DNA of 64,000 bases from Antedon mediterranea (taxonomy: Eukaryota; Animalia; Echinodermata). The stretch covers positions 22,754,001 to 22,818,000 of the forward strand of contig NC_092674.1 of NCBI RefSeq assembly GCF_964355755.1, read 5' to 3'. The notes below the pieces were generated by a model. That model was not told the DNA's origin and did not search any database. It worked only from the letters and a program-made list of their open reading frames with translations. Positions 40,475 through 55,400 of this stretch are shown here, in pieces. A program made the translations under genes and the position numbers. The first letter of the stretch is position 1, and each line of letters starts with the position of its first letter.

Positions 40475-43400
40475 CTAAATGAAAGAAAAAATGATTAGTA
40501 TCTACTTCTGTTAAATCAGGATACTGATATCCAGGGGCTGTTGTACTTTCTGCTTACTAGATGATATCTTTACTAGTATCATTTCATGATAGTCTTAAAC
40601 TCTGTCATTTAGGTAAGCCTAGTTACCAAGTTGTATTAAAGTTAGTATACATATTTAATGAAAGTATGTTTAAATGTAGTTAGAGAATTTTTATTTTAAA
40701 ATAGGTCTATACTGGATTTCTGATTTCAATACAGAAGTTTGTTCTCAACTCACTAAATGCAGTGTTTATTGAAGAAGGTGATTCTGCCATATTAGCATCA
40801 GTGGCTGGCATTACATGTAGGCCATCATAAGGATTCGTAGTACTAAGTGCTGCTACTGCCCCAAGGGCGTCGCCTGCATACGTGTATTTAAACATACTAC
40901 CTGAATTTTCCCGCGTATACAAGAAGTTTCCAATAACCATTAAATAATAAGATCCTAGATAGGAAAGCGTTGGCACAATTTGTTGTTTGTTACTCCCATC
41001 AGAATTGACTGACCACACTTCGGTGTTTGTTACATCCGTCCAGAATATAACTTGACCTACAAAGTAGAAATTAAACAGAGTAGGCCTAGGAATAATTTTT
41101 TGTTTAATTGTTTCTCTATCACCACCACCCAATGACCTCCTAAAGAGATGAAAACGTATAATTAGGCTTTTCAACAGTAGGACGATATGTATTATAGCCC
41201 TACTAATTTCAGTATCTCCTCACCAAGTCACATGAAATAATTAAAACAAAGCCACGGCTAAAATTAAAACCGATGTAACCAGCTATACTAATCTTACTAA
41301 CCCGACCAACATTCAATAAAAACAAATGTGGTGTATGTCGCTTTCTATAGCATAGAAACAATTTCAACTACGAAAGTTGGGCCCAAAAATGTTTACAAAA
41401 TATATGTTTAGCAATAATTGTTGTTAAATTAAGCTCCGTTTAAAAGATTACAAATCAGTATTCGAACTTTAAAGTCTATATTGTTGTGTTTTTGTTTGTT
41501 TATATGTTTTTTGGCAATAAAGAATACGATAAGAAATTGAACTTGTTATGAGAAGTGTAGCCCTACCTGCATGGTCTACTGAGAGGCCATCACATATTCC
41601 ATTTACAACAACCGAAAAGGTATTCGGGTTGTCTCTATGAAATCTTTGTATTGAATCGTAATGTAGACAGTAATAAATGTATCTGAAAAGTCAACAAGTA
41701 TGGGTTCTGTAATTGGAAATTCTTGAAGTTATTTCGGTAGAAATTCTGTATTTTGCTTCAATAGTAGGCTATTAGACCGTGTTTCCACAGCCATAACAAA
41801 AATATCGGTTAATGATTTAACCAATCAAATATTTTTTTTAATATAGTGCGCATGATCAGTCATTGCCGAACTACCAAACTCTCAATGTTCTTCAAGTGAA
41901 AGGTTAAAAATTATCTCATTTATCCGATAATTATCTGATTTGAATTATTATAAGTTATTTTTATGGAAATTGGATACTTTATTGGATAATTATCTTATTT
42001 ATTACTATTTTTGGCTGCGGAAACACTGACTTAAAATAAAGACTACATTTGATTACTTTCAAATTAAAATCTTAAATAGACATAGTATGAAAAAAAGTTA
42101 TGTATGAATGCTTAATATATCAGCCGTACCCAGAACTTTCGTCAAAATCCATCGAAATGACAGATCCCGTCATAAATAGACCTTGGTTATTCATTCCATT
42201 AACGTCACAAATCGACATTTCGCTTAATGCATATGCAACGAAATAAACATTCTGACGTTCCACATCTAAACTCATAGAATATGCTCCTGAAATAGTCAAA
42301 TGATGTTTTAAAGCGATATTTAGATATACTCGACGGTCAAATACGTCCAATAACCATCAGCTCTTTATCAATCATTTAAAGTTACCAGGAACCTAAAACT
42401 ACAATTACCATTCTTTTCTCTGGATTGTAAGAATTGTTTAAAGGCCGGGTGGCAGTTAATAATCAATTGGACAATTTGAGTTAATACTTACCCATATTTA
42501 TAACAACTTCATAGTTTGTACCATCTAATGCTATTTTCATGATTTTTACAGGATCCGCCCAATAAACCATTTCATTAACAGGATTGTACGCCATTGCATA
42601 TGAATTGCATACATAAGGAATGTCGGTAAAGACGAGGGATTGGCTTTGAATATCATCAGATTCCGTGTATGTGTAAGATATTTTACGATTTCCTAGGCTG
42701 GAAGTCAGAATCATGTAACCTACAAATACATTGAGGAAAATGGTTAACCACGATGATGTCAATAAAATTGGCCATTTCTCGTTATGTTTGAATTTTTCAA
42801 AAGTATGTTAAAAGCGGATTAAACCATGAGGATATAATTTAAATTTTAAAGATTAAAACATGAGAAATGAAGATTAATTAAATCAGAAGTTAGGCCTATT
42901 TTGTAGTTTTAATAAAGTTAATCACTTCCATAGAAAAAATCCTCTCAAAAATAATGTTTATAAAATCACATAATAAATTGTTAAATTAAATTAAAAATCC
43001 ATTTTTTGCTTTAAAATAGAGTTTTTTCATGTAAATAAATATTTTTTTAGATCCAATTTTTGGTCAAAGTGAATAAATGCGGGCGTAAAATATATACGTT
43101 AGTTTAAAACTAACCTTCAGGTGGATTTGATTGACATGCTTGATTAGTTGTAGCTGTATCTGCTTTAGAAAATAAAAATAATATTATTTTTATTTTTCAC
43201 ATTTGGCCAATGATTGCTAACAGTAAATTAGTCACCGTCTTATCAGATAGATGGTAATCCCCCCGATTCAGGGGATATTTTGTGGACCAATTCACCGGGA
43301 TAATACCTACTCGTCTCGATTATGAACACAGGCAAACTGTTTATACTGGACGTAAGGTTTATAGTCCTTATCCGAGAAGACTTGCTTCACCATCAAAACT

Positions 43401-46400
43401 ATGGGGCGAGGGAGTCAGTCTAGAACTGACTCATATTGGCTTAGTCTCTAAACGACTTTTCTAATAATCAAACCTTTTATTTAACAATTATGTATTATTA
43501 TTAAAAATATAAATAGTAGTAAAACTCACGTTGCGGACTTGATTGTTGAATTGTTTGATCGAGAGTGGTACCTAATTTTATTGAATTGAAATATCGCTTT
43601 AAACTTTATATTTAAAACACATCTAAGTCATTATTGTCTTTTTGGTTGATTGACTGATTTTGTATTCTGCGTCTGACATTAAATGACAGAAATAATTGAT
43701 ACATTAAGAAAGAGTTTACCTTCCGACAAAGTGTGTTGAAAAATATGTTTGTTTGTCTCGTTGGATTGAGAACATATTTTAATTCGTTGAAAGATGTCCA
43801 TTCAACTATAGCTCTATTTCATTGAAGTTAACAGTCTACATCTATTAAATCATGAACATATTCTCCTCCATTTAACTCATAAGTATGGAATATTCGTATA
43901 ATTTAAAAATAAAAACTCACTGAAACATTTTTATCTGTGTGATACAATTAAATTTAGACTCACTTTGCTTTGAACTCGTCAATTGTTGAGTTGTTAGATC
44001 ATATGTAGTACCTAGATAGATTACAAATAATTATTATGAAAGACAAATATATTTTAAATACTGATAGGTGATTAGGGAATGTTTTAAATTACGTTTTTAT
44101 CTGTATGTGAATATTGGTGTTGGGACTAATTTTCTAAGCTCTATTTTATTTTATGGAATAGTATACTGTTCAGTATATTCAAGTGATGAAAACATTCAAT
44201 CCATAAACATTTATTATTTGTACTGTATATTGTATAAATTAATCGGTTGGAACAGTTTTTGGATACAATTCGATTTTAACTCACTTTGCTGAGAACTTGA
44301 TTGTTGAATTGTTGGATCAGATGCGTTAGCTACATTAAAAATATATCAATTGTATCATATCATTAATTAAATAACACTATGGTGAATTCTTCTAAATATC
44401 TATATTTCATTGAATGGAATAGTATACAGTATCTTTCAAGTCATTAACATTTACTATTTGTAAGTCTAAAACAGTTTTGGGTCTGGTAGATACAATTAGA
44501 TTTTAACTCACTTTGCTGAGAACTTGATTGTTGAGTTTTTGGATCAGATGCTGTACATTACAAATATATCATTAAAGACAAATATATTTGAATATAATAA
44601 TAGCACTACGGTTCATTCTTCTAACTAGCTCTATTTCATTGAATGGAATAGTATACAGTATCTTTCAAGTAATGAACATTTACTATTTGTAAGTCTATAT
44701 TGTATAAAATAATACTTTGAAACAGTTTTTGATCTGATAGATACAATTCAATTCAACTCACTTTGATGAGAACTTGATTGTTGAGCTGTTGGATCAGATG
44801 TTGTAGCTATACATTACAAATACATTATTAAGACAAATATATATATTTAAATATAATAACACTATGTTAAATTCTTCTAACTAGCTCTATTTCATTGAAT
44901 GGAATTGTATACAGTATCTTTCAAGTAATAAACATTTACAATTTGTAAGTCTATATTGTATAAAATAATACTTTGAAACAGATTTTGATCTGATAGATAC
45001 AATTCAATTCAACTCACTTTGCTGAGAACTTGATTGTTGAGTTGTTTGATCAGATGTTGTAGCTATACATTACAAATACATTATTAAGACAAATATATAT
45101 ATTCAAATATAATAACACTATGTTAAATTCTTCTAACTAGCTCTATTTCATTGAATGGAATTGTATACAGTATCTTTCAAGTAATGAACATTTACTATTT
45201 GTAAGTCTATATTGTATAAAATAATACTTTGAAACAGTTTTTGATCTGATAGATACAATTCAATTCAACTCACTTTGCTGAGAACTTGATTGTTGAGTTG
45301 TTTGATCAGATGTTGTAGCTATACATTACAAATACATCATTAAAGACAAATATATATATTTAAATATAATAACACGATGTTAAATTCTTCTAACTAGCTC
45401 TATTTCATTGAATGGAATGGTATACAGTATCTTTCTAGTAATGAACATTTACTATTTGTAAGTCTATATTGTATAAATACTCGTTTTAAACAGTTCTGGA
45501 TCTGATAGATTCAATTAGATTTAAACTCACTTTGCTGATAATTTGATTGTTGAGTTGATGTATGGGATGCGGTAGCTATCAAATTACAAAAAAAAACAAG
45601 AATATTAAAATACACTATGGGTTTTTTTTTTCATACACTGATGATATTTAGATAAGTTACGACAAAGAAACGTCATTGAGGTATTGTTTTGTAAAGTAAT
45701 ATTTCCTAGATTTTACTATACTACAAGTAGCTTTTGCTTTGGGTAATAATTTTTTCCAGACAAGTTATATAATATAAATGATTTAAGTTTTCTTTTTCTT
45801 ATTTCGTTAACTTTGTTAAAAACAATATTCATATTATTGAACTCTTTCCTTGGCCACTGTTGTTGCAGAGTATTAAAATTGACTTCATACAGCTTCTTAC
45901 CTTGTTGCAATGTGGAAGGCAGACCTGTTGTTTAAATCAATATTATAAATAATAATTTTGAATAGCAGTAGTAAAATATAAATTAATAATTCTTTTATTT
46001 TATTTTGTATTTATTTTGTGTTATACAGTATTGTACTTAATCGTATTTGACAATTTGGTAGACGTTTTTTAACAAATGTATGCCTATCCAAAATAAACGC
46101 GCCTTTTATAGTTTTAGACTCACCTTCCTGGGAAGTTGTTCGTTTAGTTGTTAAATCAAGGGTAGTACCTAATTGTTTAAATAAAAATATTTTGTAACAA
46201 AAATGATATTGTTGTAGCTATGGAAGGGAAGAGTTATTGAATTTAACGTTTGATGAACCAATACTAACTCTGGAATTAAATCATAATATAAAAGTGAGCG
46301 TCATTACGGTAATGGTTAGTAGAGCGGTTAATGCGTGGTTCCCACTAGAGACGTAACGCACAACAACGTAACGCAACTTAAAGCGTGGTTCTCACTAGAA

Positions 46401-49400
46401 CGCAACGCAACGTAACGCAGCGACGAATCGACGCAAAGTGCTATATATACGTCCTTGCGTTGCTTAAGGAAACAATTGTGCACTTTGGAAGAAAGCATGA
46501 AACTTTCCATAATAATCCTCTGATATGTGCCCTAGATATAAAATTGGCTGAAATTGTATATTTTGACGGCCAATTAAGATGGCGAAAACAAGGAGGTCTT
46601 ATTTTGGGGTCTATTTTTTGTGCGATAATTTGGTATTATAGAGTGGAAATGTCATGCTTCTTCAAGTGCACGAATCGTCTCTAAAGTCAACCTTAGTCAT
46701 TCTACTACAGTATGTGTTTTAGGCACATTTCAAGAATATTTTGTTAGATCAAAGTACTTAGAAATTGTAACTTTTTCCATAATAGTTTTAATGTTCTGAA
46801 TATACCAAACCAATCAAATCAAGCGACAGCTGTTATTTTATTTGTTGTTAATGACTAGTTTCTTGATGCTTTGTTGCAATTGTGTAATTGTAATAATATA
46901 GTTATTATATTTTGTTACTGTGAACGTACCAGTATATAATACGTGTAGCCCATCAGACGGATGAGTTGTGCTTAGTGTTGCTACTGCTCCAAGCGCGTCG
47001 CCTGCATACGTGTATTTAAACATACTACCTGAATTCTCCCGCGTATACAAGAAGTTTCCAACAACCATTAAATAAAATGATCCCAGATAAAAAAACGTTG
47101 GCACAATTTTTTGTTTGTTGCTTCCATCAGAATTTACTGACCATACTTCTGTGTTTGTTACGTCCGTCCAAAATATCATTTGACCTGAAATGACAAAAGC
47201 AGTGAGCACTCAGGCAACATTATCTTCTTCATTAGGCTTCACTAACAAAATGCAAACAAAGTTTGGAACAACAATTTGATCAAGTTTCCTCAATTGCAAA
47301 CTGTGAATTTGCTTTTTTTTCCAAAACTAAAGTTTACTAGTGTAGACTAGCTTTAACATCTTGCCACTGTTATTGCTCAAAATGTTGTATATTGTGTTTT
47401 TATATATATTTTTATCATTGCTTAAAATTATTGATGTTGGTTTTTAAAGAATAAGTATTAATGAAAACAACTTATAAACATTCATTATTTGTATATTACA
47501 AAAAAACACCAAAGTAGGCATACTACCTGTAGGGTCCACAGATAGACCATCGCAAATTCCGGTCACAACGACAAATGAAGTAGTCGGGCTGTCACGATGA
47601 AATCTTTTGATTGATTGGTAACGAAGGCAAAAGTAGATATACCTAAAATAAAATTACTTAATCAACATAATGTACGGTAATTGAAACTGTTACGCTAAAA
47701 ATAACTACGCGTAAACAATCTTTAACACCATTTCCATTTATCCAAACGTTGTGCTTACCCAGAACTGTCGTCAAAATCCATGGAAATAACTGATCCTGTT
47801 GTAAACAAACTCTGTACATTTTGTCCAGTGACATCACATGTTCTCATTTCACTGAATGCATATGCCACGAAATAAAGATTCTGGCGTTCCACGTCTAATG
47901 TCATCGAATACGCCCCTAAAATAAAGATGATGATTTTTTTTTTTCATTTTATTCAATTTTGTAAATGTATAAAGAATTCTGGATATTGGCATTAAAAAAT
48001 AATTATTTACCTGGAAAAATTGTAATTTAAAGCAAAACTTCTTTGTCAGGCAAGGGTGTTTATTTTGTCTTTTTATAAGTGAAATCATTATTAAAAATGC
48101 AAAAGGGCCTTTCATAGTTTTTTTTGGGCGCTAATACTGTACATCTTTTTAAGTCTTCGACCCAAAGTAAACTTTTCTTAACAAATTATGAGTGTACCAT
48201 GTATTCGTTGTAGGTCTAATTATTTACCTTATGACTAACTTACCTGTGGCAATAACAACTTCATAGTTTGTACCATCTAATGCCATTTTCATGATGTTTA
48301 CGGGATCTGCCCAATAAACCATTTCATCAACAGGATTGTACGCCATTGCATATGAACTGCATACATAGGGAATGTCGGTAAAGACAAGGGATTGGCTTTG
48401 AATATCATCAGATTCCGTGTATGTGTAAGATATTTTCCAATTTGCTAAGCTTGATGTCAAAATCATATAGCCTACATGAGAGAAATAAAATAGTTTTTAT
48501 GAATACAATTTATAACAAATTTAATTAACACTGATATCAAAATGTGTAAACTCTCTCAAGATATAAATCGTTTCTCACCGTGTCCTGTAGTGGATAGTGG
48601 CGTTGTTTGTTGAACATTAAAATTACTGGCTGTTGAGACAAAAATGATATGTGTATTGTTTGCATGGCGAGTTAACACGAATAAAGTAAGTATAGGTTTT
48701 CGGTACAACATGTGTTTCCAAAAGGAAACAAAGTATGGTTGAAAATGTTTTGAGGTTTCGGTTTTCGTGTTTTGTCGTCTGGAGAAAATGTTTCTTCTTC
48801 TAGAAGACGATTGTAAGCATAACATATTTTATTTCTCTTTGGAAATATAGTGTACTGCAGACATAACTTTACTAGGAAATATAGTAGTTTAAGTGCATAT
48901 AATATGTATAGACATGTAAACATTTTATGATTGTAATGATCATATACTTTGGTTGACTTTATTTTAGTACGTTCTATATTTTTCTCTTTACTTTCCATAT
49001 ATGCTATGGGACGCTATGTATCAGTCATAATTCATAATTGTTCAGAAGTATAATACATTCTTTATGTATTTCTAGTAACTTACCGGTTTGCTGTGACTGT
49101 GACAATGTTGTGGGCATGGCCGCTACAGTTGTTGAACTGAGTTGCTGAGTTGATGATCCTATTAAATCAGATGATTTTCAGAGATTTTTTAATTATTTGG
49201 ACAGTTCATGTATTTTATTTTGTGATATTAAAAGTATTTTAAAATATTTGGTAGCGTAGTTTTGAGAGTAGTATGTTGTCTGTGTGTTAAGTCTCGTCTA
49301 AACCTGCAAACCTTTGTTTGCAATTTCCTAGTTTTTCACTGTTTGGAAAGGGTTTTTGCTTACTGGATTCTTTCCATCTGAGAACCATATGCTTACTGCA

Positions 49401-52400
49401 TGATGATCCTCGAATGAACCTTCAACAAACAGGAAGATTTGCTAGTGTAGACATGGCTTTACCACACAATTGAACTGTTGAATTACTAAGTGGAAAAAGT
49501 GTTACGTTTACGCGAGTTGTTTTAGAGACGCATTAGCGTTCTCAAAGCATAATCACTTAAATAATTAAAATCATTTTTTAAGTATTTTGGCTGGAAATGG
49601 TTTCATCGTAAATGTGACCACAATGTGTTAATGGCTCTTTGTACATAATTATATCATCATCATCATCAGTCGGCTGCGGAGCAGGCGACTACAAGCTTTC
49701 TCCAGCCACAACGGTCCTTGGCTAACTCTGACAGCTTATCAGTTGTAATCATGCCTCCTTCATTCCCTAAAAGCTGTTGGATGTATCTCAGAAAGTTGGT
49801 TCTCTGCCTTCCTCGTTTTCTTTTCCCATGTTGAGGAACATACAGAGCGTACTCTTTGCATGGTTCGTCATCAGGCATTCAGACATAATTATATAATGGG
49901 CTGTAGGATGGTGTTTCAATGTACATCGTTTTGGCAGAATTAAAAATAACTTAAATAAGAATCATCACGATTTCGACACATTCACAATTCCCATTTAAGT
50001 TCCAATGATAAGCCTACTTACCCATATTTACCACGTGTAACCCGTCATAAGGGTGCGTTGTGACTAGTGCTGCTACTGCCCCAAGCGCGTCGCCTGCATA
50101 TGTGTATTTAAACACACTGCCTGAATTTTCTCGCGTATACAAAAAGTTTCCAACAACCATCAAATAATATGATCCCAGATAGGAAAACGTTGGCACAATC
50201 TTTTGTTTGTTACTTCCGTCGCTATTTGCGGACCACACTTCTGTGTTTGTTACATCCGTCCAAAATATCATTTGTCCTGTGGAAATTAATTTCTATTAAT
50301 TAACTATTATTATTTAAATTTCTTTGGAGTTATAATGATTTTTTAGATCCACAATTTTCGAACATTGTCCTGTAATTGAGGAAGACAACATTTTAGAAAA
50401 ACACTCGATTTGATTTAACTATTGGCCAATGCTTTGACAATATCATTTAATTGTATCAAGCATGTATGTAAGCGAAAAAACAGGGCCGTGAAATCAGAGC
50501 TTCGGATGTTTTTGTCCACAAGAGTATAGCTGTACATAATAGGGCTTTCCACCATATCTGGCCTTGGAGGCGCCACTGTTATGGACATCAGCCCTCATTA
50601 TCCCCAATTATGGACAAATGAATTCCCTATTACAAATTCTGTACCTGTCGGGTCCACGGAAAGGCCATCGCAAACTCCAGTCACAACGACAGACGAAGTA
50701 GTCGGACTGTCTCGATGAAATCGTTGGATTGAATAATAATGAAGGCAAAAGTAAATGTATCTGTAAATAGATAGAAAATGCAAAAAAAAATAGTATATTC
50801 TAATTATACTGTAGTTCATGTTGCCTCCTCTTCTCCCGATAAATTCGAAAAGATAAATATGAAAGAAAAAACCATATTTTACACTATTAGCTTCACAATT
50901 AATATTCAAACTCCAGTCTTCTGTTATCTTGTTTTTCTGTTATTTTTAGTCGTTAGCTATCAACACAAAGGTCTAAGTTGCCGATGATATCTCCTAATAT
51001 TAATGGAAAATATGTCTAAAATAATTATAAATACTAACGAAGACTTCTCTGTCACTTCTCTTCAGAGGGAAACATTATGATACTTAACCGCTATTACATA
51101 CGTATAAGCTTTCAACACATAATCATATGTATGGTATTGTATACAAAACTCTACTTTGCAGCATCTACAAACATATTAGTATTTATTCTCATTTTTACTG
51201 TTGCAATATCATCTATTAAACCTAATTTTGATCCGATTCTTAATATGCTGCGTGATCCTCAATTACAATTGTTGGTTTTACCTCCTTATACAATTTACTG
51301 TGTTTGCGACCATTTTATAGTCATTTAAGATGCTGATCGGTCTTCAGTCGTAAGTAGTTCGGGTTTTCCACATTTTTTTTTTATATAAAAGAGATATAAT
51401 AGCTCACATTTGTCATAAGCAATGTTCAAAGCGTCAACTGTCATATCCTTTAAACTATCCCAAAACTGAGAATAAAATACTTCGGGGGAAAACTATAAGA
51501 TCTTGAGGACTTATTCACGGCCATACACCAATTTTCATTAATTTAATGTAAGCAGTCCTTGATCGCAGTTGTAGTTTTCATTTAAACGATCGATATATTT
51601 ATCAATATAGAAATCTCTATTTCAATAAATTGGTTTTGATCAACTTATAAATCTTGTTTATATTTTGTAATATATAGAAGTTTTAAATCCGGAACACTTA
51701 TCCTTCAATTAATCTATAATTAAACTTTAATTATTTGTCAATGTTTTTATTACGAATGCAACAACTTTTCATATCAACGACAAAATAATCAATAAAACAT
51801 GAATATAACAATAATGATATTTTTTTAATTAGCATACATATTATTTTATACCGTAATATTTGTGTTAACTTACCCAGAACTTTCGTCAAAATCCATGGAA
51901 ATAACTGACCCCGTTGTAAACAAACTCTGGACATTTTGTCCAGTGACGTCACAGGTTCTCATTTCACTAAATGCATATGCAACGAAATAAAGATTCTGAC
52001 GTTCCACGTCTAATGTCAACGAGTATGCGCCTAAGAAAAAATGTGCTTTCGAATCAAAGAGGAATACTTGATATTGTCTGTTTATAGAAATTCACAGTCA
52101 ACAGTACGAACTACAATCCGTTTAAGACAGTTAAGCTTGGTTCTCACAGCGACGCAACGTAACGCACCACTTCCAATCATTGTGTTCCAATCATTGTGTT
52201 CCAATCAGACGATGTTTGCAGCACTATTGCGTCGTCGATTCCCGCTTGTGATTACGCAATACAGAACTTTGCGTCGATACGTCGCTGTGTTGCGTTCTAG
52301 TGAGAACCACGCTTTATTCATTTTAAGTTTGTGGTTTGTAGAACTGCCCCAAATTTCTACTTTATTGACAATGTCGTCTATATATCGCTACCCTTATTTT

Positions 52401-55400
52401 TCACCGGTTTGTGTTTCAGTATGTCTGAACAGCACCTAAAAGTTTTACTGTTTATTTTACGTCATTGGTTTAGTTCTTTCTGTTGGAATCCTATTACTCA
52501 CCTTCAGAATTCAGAGTTATCATGTTTAAATTCATGTAAACAACATTTACAGTTTGTACTAAGAAGATAGTGAGGATTTAGTTTCACGTTTGTGCTATTG
52601 CTGCAATGTTTTATTTTATGTATTCTGTGGCAATACAATAATAAGTTATATGTATACCTTATGCGGTGATATTGAACAAAATCCAGGCCCCGCAGAGGAA
52701 AACAAGGACAGGGCTAGTGATAACACAAACACAAGTAACAACAGTAATAATCCAACATTTTATTACCAAAATATAAGAAGTCTTAAAAACAAGATGGACA
52801 CATATCATTCTGAACTGAATGTGCACCTCATTAATAATACGTTCGACTTTGTTGCATTTACCGAGACTTGGCTAAATTCAACGGTTCTTGACTCCGAACT
52901 TTACTGTGATGGTTTTACAATTCATAGAAGGGACAGGAACGATGGCAGAAGAGGTGGTGGTGTTCTTTTCCTAGCTTCTAATCAGTATAAGTCTCGACGT
53001 CTGGAGCACCTTGAGAAACCAAATATTGAAATCCTCTGGGTTGAAATTAAGCTAAGCAAGACAAAACGAGTGCTGGTTGCTATTATTTACAGGCCACCCA
53101 ACAGCGGAAGAGATGTCATGTTGCAACTAGCGCAATCAGTTGAAGATGCATCAGCCATGTATTCAAGGCATCATATTGTTCTTATTGGAGATCTGAATCT
53201 TTCTGAAATCACGTGGACCAATGATGGATCTAGAACTGCACCTGCTAACTCATTGGGTGAACTTTTTATTGACTGTTTTATTAATGGACATAATTTGTTT
53301 CAGTGCAATGTCAATCCAACGTGCAATAATAATGTTTTAGATTTAATTTTGTGTAATAATTCAATTGATTTAATCTCGGATATTTCTGCTGGTCAGAATA
53401 TTTTTGAATCTGATCATTCTTCAATTTCATTTATTCTTAAAATCTCAATTCAAAAACACTTTTCTAGGGATTCAAGACAACTATATTGTTTCAAGGCTGT
53501 AAATAATGATGATCTTTTAAATGCTTTTAATGTTATACCTTTTGATTTAATCCATATGTGCAATGATATTAACAATAGTGTTTCTCTTTTTTATGATTTA
53601 GTTGATGCTGCTCTCCGTGATCTTGTGCCTATTGTTAGACCTAAAAGAAAAATGCCGCCATGGTTTGATAATAAAGTTAGAGTCGCTCTTAAAAACAAAG
53701 AGAAATGTTTTGGTATCTCTAAACGACTTAATACACATGAATCAAAACATGCTTTTTCAGTTGCCAGAAAAGAATTTAAAGTCCTTATGAAACTTAAATA
53801 TAAAAGTTATATGCAATCACTTTCTGGGAATCTTAAGGCAAATCCCAAACGTTTCTGGTCGTGGATAAAGACCAAAACTAAATCGTCTTCTTATCCGTCG
53901 GTTATGTCGCATGGGCACAAGGTCGCGGAGACAACAAATGATAAGGCTGCTTTATTTAACAGTTATTTTCATTCAGTTTTTAGATCTGGACCTTCTGTGA
54001 CTGATGAACACCAACGTCTGCCTGAGGCTTCTGTCGGCATTCTCAATGCTCCAATTATTCAATCTGAAATTGTTAACTCGTTACTGTCATCCATTCAGAC
54101 TCATAAGGCATCTGGATGTGATAATCTCAGTAACCATGTTCTTAAAGTTTGTTCTCGTCCTCTTTCTATTCCTATTTCTTTCCTCTTTAATAAATCTCTT
54201 CAAACCGGTAAATTTCCTTCTGTTTGGAAACGTTCCAATATTGTTCCTATTCATAAGGGGGGACCAAGAAATTGATTTCTAACTATAGACCTATCTCTCT
54301 GTTGCCTACCATTTCTAAATTGTTTGAAAAAATTGTTTTTAACCATATCTCGACTCATGTTTCTCCTGCCATTGCTTCCTGTCAGCATGGCTTTGTAGCT
54401 GGTAGGTCATGTGAAACAAACCTTGCCACCCTGTTGACCACAGTTTACGAAGCCATTGATGACAGGAAGCAATGTGATATTATTTACACAGACTTTTCTA
54501 AGGCGTTTGATCTTGTTCCTCATAATTTACTCTTATTTAAATTACAACGTTTTGGTTTTCATTATGATTTTATCTCCTGGTTTCGTAGTTATCTTAATGG
54601 TAGGTTCCAGAGAGTGGTCATTGAGGGTATATCCTCTGAATGGCTTCCTATTCATTCCGGTGTCCCTCAGGGATCGATTCTTGGTCCTCTCCTTTTCAAT
54701 CTTTTTGTCAATGATATCCCAAAACTCTTCACCCACTCCAGATGTCTTATGTTTGCTGATGATGTTAAACTATACAAAATTATTGGTAGTGTTGAGGATG
54801 CCGACAGGCTTCAGGTGGACTTGGACAAGCTATGTTCTTGGGCAGCTTTATGGGGTATGTCCCTCAATCCAGTAAAGTGCAATATTTTAACTATTACTTT
54901 GAAAAAGAACATTTTATTTTATAATTATTTAATTAATGACAATCCCATTAATAGGGTGCAATCGCAAAAAGATCTTGGTGTTTTTATTGATAGTTCCCTT
55001 TGTTTTTCTTTTCATATGGATTATCTTGTTGGCAAGTGCAATAGACTGCTTGGGCTGATGTGGCGTAATTGTAAACATTTTGACAGGCAAACCAAAATCC
55101 ACCTTTATTATTCAATTATCCATCTCATTCTCAACTTCAGTTCTGTTATTTTTAATTCTATTTCGAAAACTCAGTCTACGCGCATTCAGCGTCTGCATAA
55201 CCGTTTTTTACGCTACATCAGCCACAACCAGAATCCTGACTTTCATTTCCATGTCCGATCTCCTGAGTCTCGTAGAACCTTTTTTGATCTTGTTTTTTGT
55301 ATAAATGTATTAATTCTTTATTTGACTGTAATTTAGTTAGTAATTTTTATCTTAGAGTCCCTAGTCGTCGTCTTAGAAGAAATACTACTTTTCATATTCC

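Noticed and set aside
43719-43770. Possible additional mini-exon ending GAA G|gtaaac
   Set aside because: No convincing acceptor or polypyrimidine tract, and the peptide is unlike the S/T/Q exons.
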